64,000 nt of DNA from Octopus bimaculoides (taxonomy: Eukaryota), in contig NC_068985.1 in assembly GCF_001194135.2 (NCBI RefSeq), forward strand, positions 121,817,686-121,881,685, written 5' to 3'. Below, piece after piece: positions 27,391 through 40,386 of the stretch. Position numbers and translations under genes: made by a program. A model generated the notes under the pieces. The model ran no database searches. It worked only from the letters and a program-made list of their open reading frames with translations, and had not been told where the DNA came from. How positions within the stretch are numbered: the stretch's first letter is position 1; each line of letters opens with the position of its first letter.

Positions 27391-28569
27391 TTTGTTTTGG
27401 CTCTTTACATTCTAAGTGCAAATCCTGTCTCAACTTTACCTTTCATCTTTTTGTTGTCAATGAAATCAAATACCAATCAAGTATTGGTATTGTATCACCT
27501 GTCTGCTGATCTGTGCCAACATGCAGTGGGCTTGCATGGCACTGTAGAGCTCCAGATCACTGTTCATCCAAGGGTCTCTATTGAAATGTAAAGTGATATA
27601 TCAGTTGGAACACACATCTTATCATTTACTGATAAGCTATCAAAATCATGTTGATATCTGATTGACAGCCGACAAGGGAAATTTTCCTTCATACTTGTCT
27701 AGTTATATTAAATATGTTCTTCATCCTCTCATTAATGTCTCTGCTTAATGTCACTGCCCTGTTTAATTTCTGTTTTTTTACCTAACTGATTCAGTGCAAG
27801 GTTCTTATTTTATCTTTTATCATTCCTTCCTAGAATATGAATTAGAGGTTAGTTAGAAAATTTTATACTAAGGTTATACTGTCTATATAAACAGTTATAG
27901 TTTATCAGGGTCAGAATGCTGTTATGTGGCAGATATGAAGCACATATACACACACTCCCTTTCCCTCACCTCTCTCTCTCTCTCTCTTAAACAGACCCTA
28001 TTAAAAGAGATAAAAAGAAAAGAAAAAAAGAAGGGGAAGAAGTAGTTTATCAGTCTGTAGTTTCCTGATGTTTCTATGTTCTCTTCGAGCAGTAACCACT
28101 CAGAATTTTGATTATGGTCTCTGAAGTCATTAACTGAATGTTGTACTCTAGCTTTGCATGGTCATGTATACTGGTTAATAATGTAACAAGAAATTGGAAA
28201 TTTTATCAGTTCCATTTGCTGGCAGTCTTAATTGTATTTATACATTCTCCACAAGATAAGCTGATTCTAGTGTCATTGTATTTTTCTTTCTTTTTTCTTA
28301 CATATACTATATTGTTTTTTTATTATGTTGTGTATTTCTCTTTCCATATGTCCTCCCAGTACGATTGAATTATTATTATTGTCAGCGTCTCCTCAGTGAC
28401 CCGAGATAGGTTAGATGACTCTGCTTCCTTACAGATTGCACACTATATACATTGACATTCACACATATTTTGCCATCAGTTTTCTGAAGCGGAAGTGAAG
28501 GAAGAACGCACTCAAACTTTTGTTATATTTCAGGTTTTCTTAAGAATCTGTCTATAGCAATGACTTCAG

Positions 28570-28930
28570 CTATTATCTTTTAGTCATCTGACTGTGGCCA
28601 TGCTGGGGTACCACCTTGAAATTATCAACCCCACTACTTATGTTTTAAAGCCTGGTATTTACTCTATTGGTCTCTTGTGCTGAACGTCTAAGTTAAAGGG
28701 ATGTAAACATACCAGTACCAGTTGTCAAGTGGTGGTGGGGGACAAACACAGATGCAAAAAGCACAAGCATGTGCACGCACACACACACATAATGGGCTTC
28801 TTTCAGTTTCCATTTACCAAATCCATCCACAAGGCTTTGGTCAGCTTGAGGCTATATTAGAAGACACTTACCTAAGGTGTCACACAGTGGGACTGAACCT
28901 GGAACCATGTGGTTGGGAAGCAAGCTTCTT
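28570..28930 (-). mobile_element. SINE family A
   Basis: Homologous to 1263-1630. Confidence 0.8.
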
Positions 28931-29299
28931 ACAGGAGAAAGCAATATGTTGAATAAAATCATAATTAACTGATCTTCCTGTATTTTCTGTTCAGGGGGTG
29001 GGGTGGGGGGCACAAAGCATCGAGTGCCAGACTTGTGCCCCCAACCCCACCCTGAACAACTACTGCCCAGTGTATTCATACTTTAAGATGACACTGTGCA
29101 CATGTGTTGTTTAATAAGGAAAACTCACTTTTGATTAAATTATGCAATAATTCAATGGGACACATATATATATATTTTCTAAGTAAATTAATCATGCATT
29201 GTAATTGTATGAGGTACATGTAAATTGACTTTTAATTGATTTTAATTGTAGATTGTCTTATGTAAAAATAATTAGGTGACTTCTTCACTTACATGTAAC

Positions 29300-29655
29300 A
29301 GATTGTGGCCATGCTGGGGTACCACTTTGAAGAATTTTAGTCAAACAAATTGACCCCAGTACTTATTTTCTTTTTTTAAAGTCAGATGCTTATTCTATTA
29401 GTCTCTTTTGTCAAACTGCTAAGTTATGGGGATGTAAACACACCAACATTGGTTGTCAATCGGTGGTGCGGGACTAACATAGACACAAAGACAAACACAC
29501 ACACACACATGCAATGGGCTTCTTTCAGCTTTTGTCTACTAAATCCACTCACAAGGCTTTGGTCAGCTTGAGACTATAATAGAAAACACTTGCCCAAGGT
29601 ACCATGCAGAGGGACTGAACTCAGAATCAAGTGGTTGGCAAGCAAGCTTCTTACA
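29300..29655 (-). mobile_element. SINE family A
   Basis: Homologous to 1263-1630. Confidence 0.8.
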
Positions 29656-29849
29656 TACCCATAAGTTTCAATGTACTATACATGAAGCAGTGAAATCTCT
29701 ATGTAGTCATTTGACCTACAAAAATTAGCAGCTAAATCTCCTTCAAGTTTTACCATACCGCCTTAAACAGGTTACTTGAACAACATCTGTAGTTTGTGTT
29801 TAATTGTTCATTTGACTTCCTGTATCTGCATGTTATAAGTCTGTTCAAT

Positions 29850-30110
29850 CAGGAATATCCTGTAGGTTACACAATAACACACTAAGCATTTTAATATTGC
29901 TTTTTATATATCTCAGTTCATGGCATAGTTTTGTACAAAGGCTGTTTTGATTTCATTCACGTAAATTTTATTTTCTGACTGATAATATTTTTGTTTTTGT
30001 GATGAGGTGTTTTTGCCATTACCAATAGATCACAAGTTTTGCTATAATTGACCAAGATGTTTTTGCCCTTTCTTGTTCATTATTTTGGTCTTAGACAATG
30101 GAAGCACCAT
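29850..30110 (-). mobile_element. Possible second Penelope-like GIY-YIG relic
   Basis: Reverse strand shows SWSIIAK..GNGK and NLRE*NQ..LCHELRY, resembling WSII.K...NG.K.C.LC and LN.RNEI...CRH..KY; heavily decayed. Confidence 0.4.
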
Positions 30111-32159
30111 GTATCGTTTATATTTCAGTTGACTTTTAAATTTCTACCTAAAACAAAAATCAATTATGTATAAAACTAAGAAATCAAACACTAAAAGATC
30201 AATCAGTTATGAACAATACAAAAATATATATATTCTTTTGAATCAAGAACCTATTATTGTAAACTACAATTTTGTAATGATTATCAAATAAAAACTATCT
30301 ATCTGTATGGATATTTAAAAAAAAAAATTTTTAATGACTCGATCAGAAGATGAAAAGAAGTGCCCATAAATTTTCTGGGGTCTCAGTAACTGAGGAAGAA
30401 ATGGTGGAAATTATCTTTAGATTGGAGACTTTTACAACAAATTGGACTTAGCTAAAAGCATCTAAGTTCCAGAGGGTGGTGTTAAACTAGACCTTCCGCA
30501 TCATTTCCCATCATCATCATTCCGCTACCACCACTGCTACTGCTTTCGTCATCATCATTATCTATTTAACAGTTTATGTCCTTAGATTGTACCAATACAA
30601 TAAGGATAACTCTTTTGAGTCAGTGCCATTTTATTTTGGTGGTTTTACCATTCCACCCAGAAGATTGTACTTTTCTATAATGGTGGTTTTGGTAGGATTT
30701 TGAACACAGAATGCATAGAACTGGAAAAGAAACCACAAAGCATCACATTTGGTACCATAGCAATTCTACTTATCTACTGTTCTGAAATTATACTTTTTTT
30801 TTTATTGACCACAAAAGGAGGAAAAGCAAAGTTGACCTTGGTGGGATTTGAACTCAGAGAACAGAGAGCTGGAACAAAAACCCAGAAGGTATTCAATGTG
30901 ATGTTCTAATGACTCTGCCAATTCAATGTATTATGTCTACTACCTATGTATAGTTCAGTGGGATTCCTCACAATTTTCTTCTATCCAACAAAGATTTGGT
31001 CAACTAGAAGACACTTGTCTAACATTACCATGCAGTAAAGTTGAACCTGGAACTATGTGAATGTGATGTAAAATTTTTAAACATGTAGTCATGTCTCTGC
31101 CAATCTGTTATTGGTAGTCTTTTGAAGTAACCCTGGACTTGTACAGACAGTGTTGATTTTATGATCAAAGGTATTTAAATTGTGGCCATCATGTATATTT
31201 TTCTTATTTTTGTTTAGGTGGTAGACTACATAGTCTATTGTGATCTTGATTTTTTTAAAGACTGTTGCATGTGATTTGAAGAAATTTAGAAATGAAGTGG
31301 GAAATAGAAGGCTCAAAGCCTCAGATTTAGGAAAGAAAACAAAATATGAAAGCTCAAGACCTTAGATATAGTAAAGTGAGAAAGAGAAGGCTCAAGGTTT
31401 CAGTTGTAGGTAAAAGTTGGGAAAGAGAATACTGTAATGTCTATATTTTTTATGATGCTATTATAGCATCAGTGAAAGGAACTGGCTTTAAATGGGTATT
31501 GAAACTGGATTGTCATGTCACTTCTCCAATAGCTTTACCTATTGCTCTATCAATGACATTGTTCATCAATGTTATTTAATATTGATTTTTATTTTATTGC
31601 AGTCATGATAAATGTTGCTGGATTTGGGACATAACTCACTGGATTGACTTTAGTACACAACTGACTGTAGTTGAGTCTATGTAATAGTTTGAGCTGCTAT
31701 TATGTAGCAGTGACATCCTTTCAAATTAAAACAAAATGTGACAAAAACCATCAGATAATGCAGTCTTATTTACTCTTCAAAATCTGGGATGGGTCATGGC
31801 TGGAATGCCTTTCAGTATATGTCTACTGACCTGTAGCAAAAGACTGACAACAGTAACTCAGAGCACGGAACTATTTTTCTTATTCTCCCACCACAACAAT
31901 ATTAAATAATTATTTCTTATTGTAGTGCAATAGTTAAAGGAGAAAAGCATTAGATAATAGCACAGACCCCGAAATATAATTTCCACTCCCACTACCACTG
32001 CTGGCTGGTACCATCTACTCTCAATAGATTGAATTACTATTCTTATATATTTACTGTTACTTTATATTTGTCCAATTCATAATATCCGTTCACAGAATAC
32101 TTGCTTTTTCCCCTACTCTTCCACTTTTCCCATCATTTTGTCTACTATTAAAAATCTCT

Positions 32160-32900
32160 GAAGACTATGTTTTCAAATAAATGTCCAAAGCATCTAAGTT
32201 TTCTCTCTTTGATAATGTCTAATAAAAAATTTTCTTAGCTTTTGCCATTCATAGTACTTCCCCATTCGTTTTGTATTCTGTCCATTATATTCTCTAAAGT
32301 TTTCTATTATGTCCATATCTATTTGATAGTATTTCAGCTAATGCTCACATTTCAACTCAGTGTAATAGAGTGAACTACACATAGCATTTTAATAATCATT
32401 TTCTGATTTTGAAATTAATGTTTCTTGATTTTAATATATTTGACATTTTTTTTCAGATGACCTTCCAGCTATCTCAGTCATTTTGATTTCTGGCAGAACC
32501 ACTAGTGTGTCAGGCAAAATATTTTGTAGATTTATTCAAACTATTGACATTTTGAGTTCAAATGACACCAGGGTCAACTTTGCTTATGATCTCTTTGAGG
32601 TCAGTGAAATAGAGTACCAGTCATGTACTGAAGTCAACATAATCCCTCCCCACCCCTTCAAAATTCCTGGTTTTGTGCTTAAATTGGAAACAGTTATTGC
32701 ATATATCCCGTTAAATATCTTTGGTGTCTGTTCAATTGGCTTTCCCTCAATTGTAATATTGATTTCAAGTGACTTCTTTCTTGCTGATTATCGTTGATTT
32801 AACTTTCTTTACGGTAATTGCCATTCCATAAGACATTTCTTTGTTACATACTGTTGTTACAAGGTTTCTCTTGGTCATCTTTGTTGAAACTATAGAACTG
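32160..32900 (-). mobile_element. Old RTE LINE relic interrupted by a SINE fragment (~32520-32700)
   Basis: Reverse strand gives YGMAITVKKVKSTIISKKE..INITIEGKPIEQ (cf. GM.IN.KKTK.MVIS....I.G..IEQV). Confidence 0.55.
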
Positions 32901-33299
32901 AGGCCTAATTTATTCACTTTGGAAGGATAAAAGATAAAATCAACTTCAGTAAGTTATGAGCTGACAAAAATTGAACCAAACTTTCTATTGTTTTCCCCTT
33001 TCCCCATTCTTTATTATTACTACAGGATATGTATTACAGTATAGTGCAATTGATACAGTGAGACTGAATGGTTAAGAAGTTCGCTTTACGATCATGAAGT
33101 CTTGGGTTTGATCCTAGTGTGTGAAATCTTGAGTAAGTGTCATCTTCTATAGCCTCAGGCCAATGCATCCCTTGTAAATGAAACCAAGTAGGCAGATACT
33201 GTGGAAACGCCCATAGATGGAAACGCCCAGCTTAATCATCGATGAAAGGAAAAGTTAATTGCTGGGCCTTATAGGCTGCTTGGTTCTGTATTTTTTGAA

Positions 33300-33701
33300 C
33301 TTTTATTCTTTTTCTTTCTTTGTTTTTTTTTTTTAAAAACAGTTCTCTTTAAAGGCGAAAGTAATCATATTAATTAAATTATATCACAATTAAATTTTTA
33401 AACGCTATATTCAGACTCATTTAACATTTTTGTATTTGTTTGTCCAGTAATGTCCTTTCTATGTTTTGATCATTATGATTGTAATAAAGAATTTATCTCT
33501 AGCCGAACAATTATTCTGTGCTGATGAAGGGAAATAACCCGGAAATTGCGATACACAGATATTGCTTTGAGCTGAGTGGGGGTGCGAGATTCCCTTGTTT
33601 GAAAATATAAGGACACAGATCGTGTCGTATAGCCAGCTGGAGATGATGTCTCCTGGGGCTAAATTACAGCAACGTTCATCCTAAACCAGGACTGCCATGT
33701 T
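33300..33701 (+). mobile_element. Hammerhead-bearing repeat (Penelope pseudo-LTR or retrozyme-like)
   Basis: T-rich leader plus AATAAA, then the hammerhead, then a ~140-nt domain homologous to 51482-51639. The left boundary is approximate. Confidence 0.55.
33515..33559 (+). ncRNA. Minimal type-I hammerhead ribozyme motif
   Basis: Stem I tctgtg (33515-20) / cacaga (33554-59); core CTGATGA (33521-27); stem II (A)GGG-aaataa-CCC(G); GAAA (33542-45); minimal stem III t-tgcg-a; predicted ATA cleavage triplet 33551-33553. Confidence 0.75.
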
Positions 33702-33711
33702 ATGTTGGCAA

Positions 33712-33992
33712 ACAATCTTTACTACAAAAGAATAAAAGCATATATATATGGATATGTCTACTATATATTTGTGAAAAGGGTGGACATTGTCTCACAAGCA
33801 TTTGTGCAGTCAAAAGTGTTAGTAAATGTGGTTGGGTTGACCTGAAAATTTTCACACCTATGTTACAAGTGGTGGGGAGTTTGCATGGCAACTTTGAGTT
33901 TACTCAATTGAAAGGTGTGGCCTCTAGGGCAAAATTCCTCATCTTTAAAATGTTGCCTGAGTAGACCTGGATGAAATCGGGTTATAATACTA

Positions 33993-33995
<3 letters not shown>
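33712..33995 (-). mobile_element. Helentron/DINE-1-like non-autonomous element
   Basis: Reverse strand starts atactagtattataacccg and ends ttttattcttttgtagtaaagat. Similar termini occur at ~19200-19410 and 44494-45640. Confidence 0.5.
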
Positions 33996-34037
<42 letters not shown>

Positions 34038-34459
34038 CTCTGTAAAGTGGTTGATTTTAGGAAGGGCATCCAACTAACTGCAGAAACCATGCCAAAGCAG
34101 ACAGAAGAGCTTGGTGCTGATCTCTGGCTAGTCAGTTCTTGTGAAATCATCTAACCCATGCCAGCATGGAAAATGGGCATTAAATAATTATGATGATGTA
34201 TATACATACTTATATGTGTGTGTGTATAGATATAAGCACAGGCATGGCTGTGTCATAAAGAATGTCAATTCCCAAACGTGCTGTCTACTTTAGTCCCTAA
34301 CCAGCCAAAGCCTTGTGAGTAAATGTAGATTTAGTGGACAGAAACTGAATGAATCCTCTTGTGTGTGTATATATTTTTAGAAGCTGAAAAACTTCACAAA
34401 CTGTTTGTGAAGATTTTTTTACTTCAATAAAACACTATAATTGAGCCTGTATGTATGTA

Positions 34460-34538
<79 letters not shown>

Positions 34539-34921
34539 TTACTATAGCCTCAGGCTGACCAAAATCTTGTGAGTGCATTTCGTACTCGGAAACTGTATTT
34601 GTAATTTCAACCTGCAACATCATAATTTTAGCATGTTTGTTTCTGGATAGACAAAAAAACAACAACACAAAAGAAAAACTGAAATGAAAACATTAAAAAT
34701 AACAAAACAAGCTATAACATGACACTACCAAGCTGTGGTAGTTGACCTTCTAACACAACCAAATATATATGTGAGTATACATCTGTGTGTGTGTGTGTGT
34801 GTGTGTGTGTGCACATAACAACATAACCGAATTACAGACATATAACTATATATCTAATAAATATGCAGCATATGATTATGCACACACAACTCAAATACCC
34901 AGTCAAACAAACAAACATTCA

Positions 34922-34975
34922 CAGTCGAGGCATCAAGCTGTTAGATCAGGTTATGAAAGTTACAGAGAGGGTCAT
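34922..34975 (+). mobile_element. RTE RT fragment next to gap
   Basis: RGIKLLDQVMKVTERVI. Confidence 0.7.
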
Positions 34976-35229
34976 NNNNNNNNNNNNNNNNNNNNNNNNN
35001 NNNNNNNNNNNNNNNNNNNNNNNNNNNNNNNNNNNNNNNNNNNNNNNNNNNNNNNNNNNNNNNNNNNNNNNNNNNTATTTATTTATGGGTTTCAGCCAAG
35101 TGGCTGCGGTCATGCTGGAGCACCTGAAGGTTCACTACAGTTGTTTCAGACACATTTTATATTGATGAATCATTCGATTACATCATAAAAAAACCTATTG
35201 TATTTGCATATGGTATATACATGTATGTG

Positions 35230-37580
35230 CTGAACTCGACCCTTTTCTAGTGTCCTGAATGTTAAAACACTTTGATTGAGATGAATCCTATGCTCTTAGA
35301 GCATCCACCTCTGCTACTGACTTGGTCACCTAGATATTGGAAGTTATCAACTACCTCTAGCTTACCCCGCTGGCATGTAATGGAGCCTATTTTCTGTACA
35401 TTTGTAGTGTTTACTGTACCTGTGCACTTTCCAAGCACAAAAACTATTTTTCCAGTTAACTTTCCTCTGATATTGCTGTACCTCTGGTGTGTCCATAGCT
35501 TGCACTGGGTACATCTTATGGAATTTCTACCTACACCTTTCCTACTGATCGAGTAGGGCTATCTACCTAAAGGCATTTGTGATTTGTCTGCTTTCCTATT
35601 TTCTAAGACTTTAGTTTTTGCTAGGTTAATTGTAAGGCACTTCAATTCTAGACCTTGTTTCCATACCTGGAACTTCTTCTCTAGTTCAGGTAGTGATTCA
35701 GCTATAAGAGCAAGGTCTTCAGCATAGAGGAGTTCCCAGGGGCAGCCCATCTTAAATTCCTCTGTTATTGCCTGGAGGACTAAGATGAACAGGAGGGAGC
35801 TGAGGACTGATCCTTGATGAACCCCTACTTGTACCCTGAAGTCATCACTATACTCATTGCCAACCCACACCTTACTAATTGCATCCCTGTACATGGCTTG
35901 TACAGTTCTCACCAACCACTTGTCCATCCCTAGTTCCACATTGACCACCAGATAACGGATCAGGGGGACCCTGTCAAAGGCTTTCTCCATGTCATTCAAA
36001 GCCAGGTACAGAGGTTTATCTTTGGCTATGTATTTCTCCTGCAGCAGCCTTACCAGAAATATAGCATCAGTGATGCTTCTGCCTGGCACAAAACCAAACT
36101 GCATCTCATCTAGGCTAACTCTCTCCCTAATTAGTTGGATTATGACCCTCTCCATGATTTTCATTACCTGATCCAACAATTTAATACTTCTGTAATTATT
36201 TCTAAGTCGTCACCTTTATTTTTGTAGCAGTCGACTATGGTGCTGCTACACCAGTCATTGGGTTTGACTCTTTCGTGTACCACCTGATTAAATATACGGG
36301 TAATTAAACTATGACCCATACTCCCAGATATTCTAAGCATCTCTGCAGTTATTCCTGATGGGTCGGTGGCTTTCCCCATCTTCTTATCCTTCATGGCTTT
36401 TATCTACAATGCTACTGTCTATTCAGGTTGCTGGTCCTCTGTTGGATTAACATTAGGCAGACTCTCCTTCTCCCATGAGTTCTCTACATTTAGTAGCCTT
36501 TTATAATGACACTTCCAAGCCTCTTTTTTGCAAAGTCACTAACTGCAAGTGGACCATCATCCATGCAAACACATTTTTCCCCCACATCATCTCAATTTTC
36601 CCTGGCACACTGTCTGGCAAACCAAAACACTTCAAGCCACTAGTCCTCACACTGCAGAACATTGGAAATTTCTTCCTTTCTGTTTCACCCTTTGCTAAGT
36701 ATGTCTGCCTCCTAGCTTCTCTTCTAGCTGTCTGATATAGTTCCTTGCTACCCTAACACTTCCAGTCCTTCCAAGCCTGTTTTTTTTTTTTTTGTTTTAG
36801 TGGCCCTATCAACTACATTGTTCCACCACCATGTCACCTTAGGATTGGTTGGGACTTAGCACCGCCTACAAATTTGGTCTGTGGCTCTCAGTAAGTTGTC
36901 TTGTAGGAACTTCTAGTTATCCTCTATATTGCAAGTCTGTAACACCTTCTCCTTCTCATCAAAAGCTTCAGTTAGGAAATCCCAAAACCTCTGACTATTC
37001 AAAGGACCTTTAAGTTTCCAGATCTTTCTTTTCCAAACTGGCTTGCTTCTTGGGTTCCTTTATGCCTGTAGCTTGAAGTCACTAATAAGTAATCTATACT
37101 GAGGGGTACAGTCTTCACTAGGGAAGGCCTTTGCGTTTAAGAGCAGCCATGAATCCCCTTTTCTGGTGAGAATGTAGTTAATCTGGTGAGAATGGTCACC
37201 GGATTTATAGGCAGAGATGATTGTTGCTGTCCTATTCTGCAAAACTAGTCTAAGCTTAAGCATCCTATCACATATTCTGACTACTTCAATTACCTCATTT
37301 GCCCATTTCTCTGCTAGAAGTATGCCAACACCTCCTACCCCATCACCTTATACCCCATCCTACCCCAGAAGAATTTGTACCTACGCTTTTTACCAGTGAG
37401 GAACCTGGCTGAAGCTCCCCTCCTCCAAACTTTTTGGATGCAGTACATATCAACACGTCTCCTTTCAAGCATCTCAACAATCTCACTTGACCTACCTTTC
37501 AATGTGCCTACATGGGCAGTGCCAACACTGAGGGACTATGTGGGGAGGCAGGAGGTAACATGGGTAGGTGAACAGTAGCA
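35230..37580 (-). mobile_element. Long degenerate RTE LINE (AP endonuclease plus RT)
   Basis: NVGTLKGRSSEIVEMLERRRVDV-like start, IISAY, HQINYILTRK, EMQFGFVPGRS, DMEKAFDRVP, GVHQGSVLSSLLF, LLYAEDLAL, INLAKTKV; many stops and frameshifts. Confidence 0.92.
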
Positions 37581-38384
37581 ATCAGTATCTGAAAAGAAGG
37601 TTGTAATGAGCATTTGCCAATAGACATGACATAGCAGTTGCCTTCATATTTAATCCACCATCGTTAATGTTGCACTTGCTACCTCCACTGGACATAGGTG
37701 CTGTACCAGCATTAATTAGTACAGCAGTGTTAATTACAGATACCAATAAATGTATATAAGTTGACCTAGGTTAGCTGGTTAGTTATTGTTACGTGTTGTA
37801 CAAATACAAATGTTGGTAAATTAGTTAGATAGGTAAACAAGATAAGAGTAGTTAATTTGTTATATATAGTTAGTGACTAATAAATTAAATAAATAAGCTA
37901 TAAAATATTAAAACTAGGAACAGCATGGTCATGTTCAATTTCATGTTACAGCAAATGGGTGATATGATTGCAGGGAAGGGTATAGGTGGTGGTGGTGGGG
38001 GGTGCAATGCATGTAAGCAAACATTGTTTAACCAGAGACAAGAGGGAATACAGGGCAAGCAAAAATTAAATTGAATAAAATTATATTTAAATGGTATTAA
38101 CAAGAAGGTCCAAGCATTAATGAAGATGTTGACAGAGGAAGATATGAAACAAGTATGAAATTAAATTAAATTGAACGTAGTTAAATCAAATCAAGTAAAA
38201 TTAAATAAGATTAGAAGAAATTAAGTTAGATTAGAGCAAACTAAGTTGAATTAAGTTAATAAGGATGAGGGGAGCAGCAAAGATGAGTAGATTAAATCTG
38301 AGGACAAAAACACAATTTCAACTTATCTGAGCATTCCAGCATGTCTTAACCAGCGAAGAGATATGATAGAGGGAGATATACATA

Positions 38385-38424
<40 letters not shown>

Positions 38425-38427
38425 CAC

Positions 38428-38525
38428 ACACACGGGGTTCGACAAAATAATGGAAACACCTTAAAATTTCAAACAAATTTATTTTAATATGGCGTAGGAC
38501 TGCCTCTGGCAGTAATTACAGCTTG
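38428..38525 (+). mobile_element. Tc1-like transposon terminal fragment
   Basis: cacggggttcgacaaaataatggaaacacct resembles Tc1-family TIR starts. Confidence 0.55.
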
Positions 38526-38644
38526 AAGAGAGAAAACTCCGAATGACCTGTCTGTGTTTTCTTTGTATCGTCTATTTGAATGTTTTGTCCCTTTCTTGTA
38601 TCACCTAACTGTCTTAATGTTTTGCGTTCTTGTCTCAATCTGTA

Positions 38645-38681
<37 letters not shown>

Positions 38682-39309
38682 GAGAGAGAAAGGGAGAGAG
38701 TGTGATGACGATGACCATATTTATCTGTCTTATCTCTCTCTTTCTCTCTCTCTCTCTCTACACACACACATAAGTGTGTCTGTCTCCATGACATTTGGGT
38801 ACCTTGACTCAGTACTTAATGACTGTTTTTATAGATATCATTTTGTCTGCCTTCTAATATTTTAACCAACATTCTGCTTTAGCCACACCAACCTTGCTCC
38901 ACCCTCTGTTATATTTTCACATGAATATATCCAACTAAGGCTCAGATTCAGGTGTTCTGCACTACAGCATAGCAAGGCTTCCAATTCTTCTGAAACAATG
39001 CCAGGTGATAGATAAGTGTACTCTTCTGTTAGCTTCCTTCCCATTTGGAAGCTTCTACATTGTTGCTCAACCTGGAAGAAATAGCAACTAAATCTCTCTC
39101 AAATTCTAACTTACCATCTTAAAACTAGTTAACTGTACAATCCGACTAACTTTGCCTGAGATGAAATTTTCCTGATAAGAAAACAATGGTCACAGATTCT
39201 TTGATAAGAGCTGATATGGGGGATACAACAGAAGTGTGACGAAAGAACTCTGGGCAAAATAGGATTAATGTAATGTAATGTAATATAAAGCTGAAGCAAA
39301 TTAGCACCA

Positions 39310-39490
39310 AATATACAGTGCGTGTGTTTTTATTGGCTAAACTGGCAATATGACCATCCCCGGATCTTGTTCAAAACGGGGGCACCAGTATTTTCTTAAC
39401 GAAACACTTTGAAACTTGGGACACTGGTAGAATGTGTCATATAAAACATCTTTTTCTCTTAATCTTCTTAACAAAAAAACGTACATGACC
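39310..39490 (+). mobile_element. Partial copy of the fold-back element at 40387-41581
   Basis: gaaacactttgaaacttgggacactggtagaatgtgtcatataaaaca...cttcttaacaaaa is shared with 40630-40715. Confidence 0.75.
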
Positions 39491-40386
39491 ACAGTCAAAT
39501 GACTGAAACAAGTAAAAGAGTAAATATATATGTCATACAATATTATATNNNNNNNNNNNNNNNNNNNNNNNNNNNNNNNNNNNNNNNNNNNNNNNNNNNN
39601 NNNNNNNNNNNNNNNNNNNNNNNNNNNNNNNNNNNNNNNNNNNNNNNNNNNNNNNNNNNNNNNNNNNNNNNNNNNNNNNNNNNNNNNNNNNNNNNNNNNN
39701 NNNNNNNNNNNNNNNNNNNNNNNNNNNNNNNNNNNNNNNNNNNNNNNNNNNNNNNNNNNNNNNNNNNNNNNNNNNNNNNNNNNNNNNNNNNNNNNNNNNN
39801 NNNNNNNNNNNNNNNNNNNNNNNNNNNNNNNNNNNNNNNNNNNNNNNNNNNNNNNNNNNNNNNNNNNNNNNNNNNNNNNNNNNNNNNNNNNNNNNNNNNN
39901 NNNNNNNNNNNNNNNNNNNNNNNNNNNNNNNNNNNNNCCCCCCCGAGTCTGTTTGCTTTGTTACTGATAATAGTGATAAGAAGGATGGTGCTGATACAGA
40001 TAAGGGTTAGGGTTAGGATTTATTGTTGAATCCTTGATATTGTTCTTATTGTTGCATACCTCTGTTTCAGTTGTAGTTGCACAGAATTGTTCTTGTTGGT
40101 TCCCCTCTGTAAGTAATGAGCCCATTTCTGTATGTCAAAGACCAATCTGTTGAATAAAGTCTCTGTCGCTGTCACCAGTGAGCTGTGACATATTGAGTGG
40201 GGCTTCATAGCTTATAAGACTATGGTTCCATTGGAAAGCCAAGAACTGTCAGAGGTTAACAATTCAGATGTCACCTCTAGAATGCCCAGAGTTGAAACAA
40301 ATAACATATCTTGGTTGACATGCTAGCAAGTTGTGCCTATCTACTACTTTGAAATGATAGTTTATCTATCAGGCATTACTAAAATA

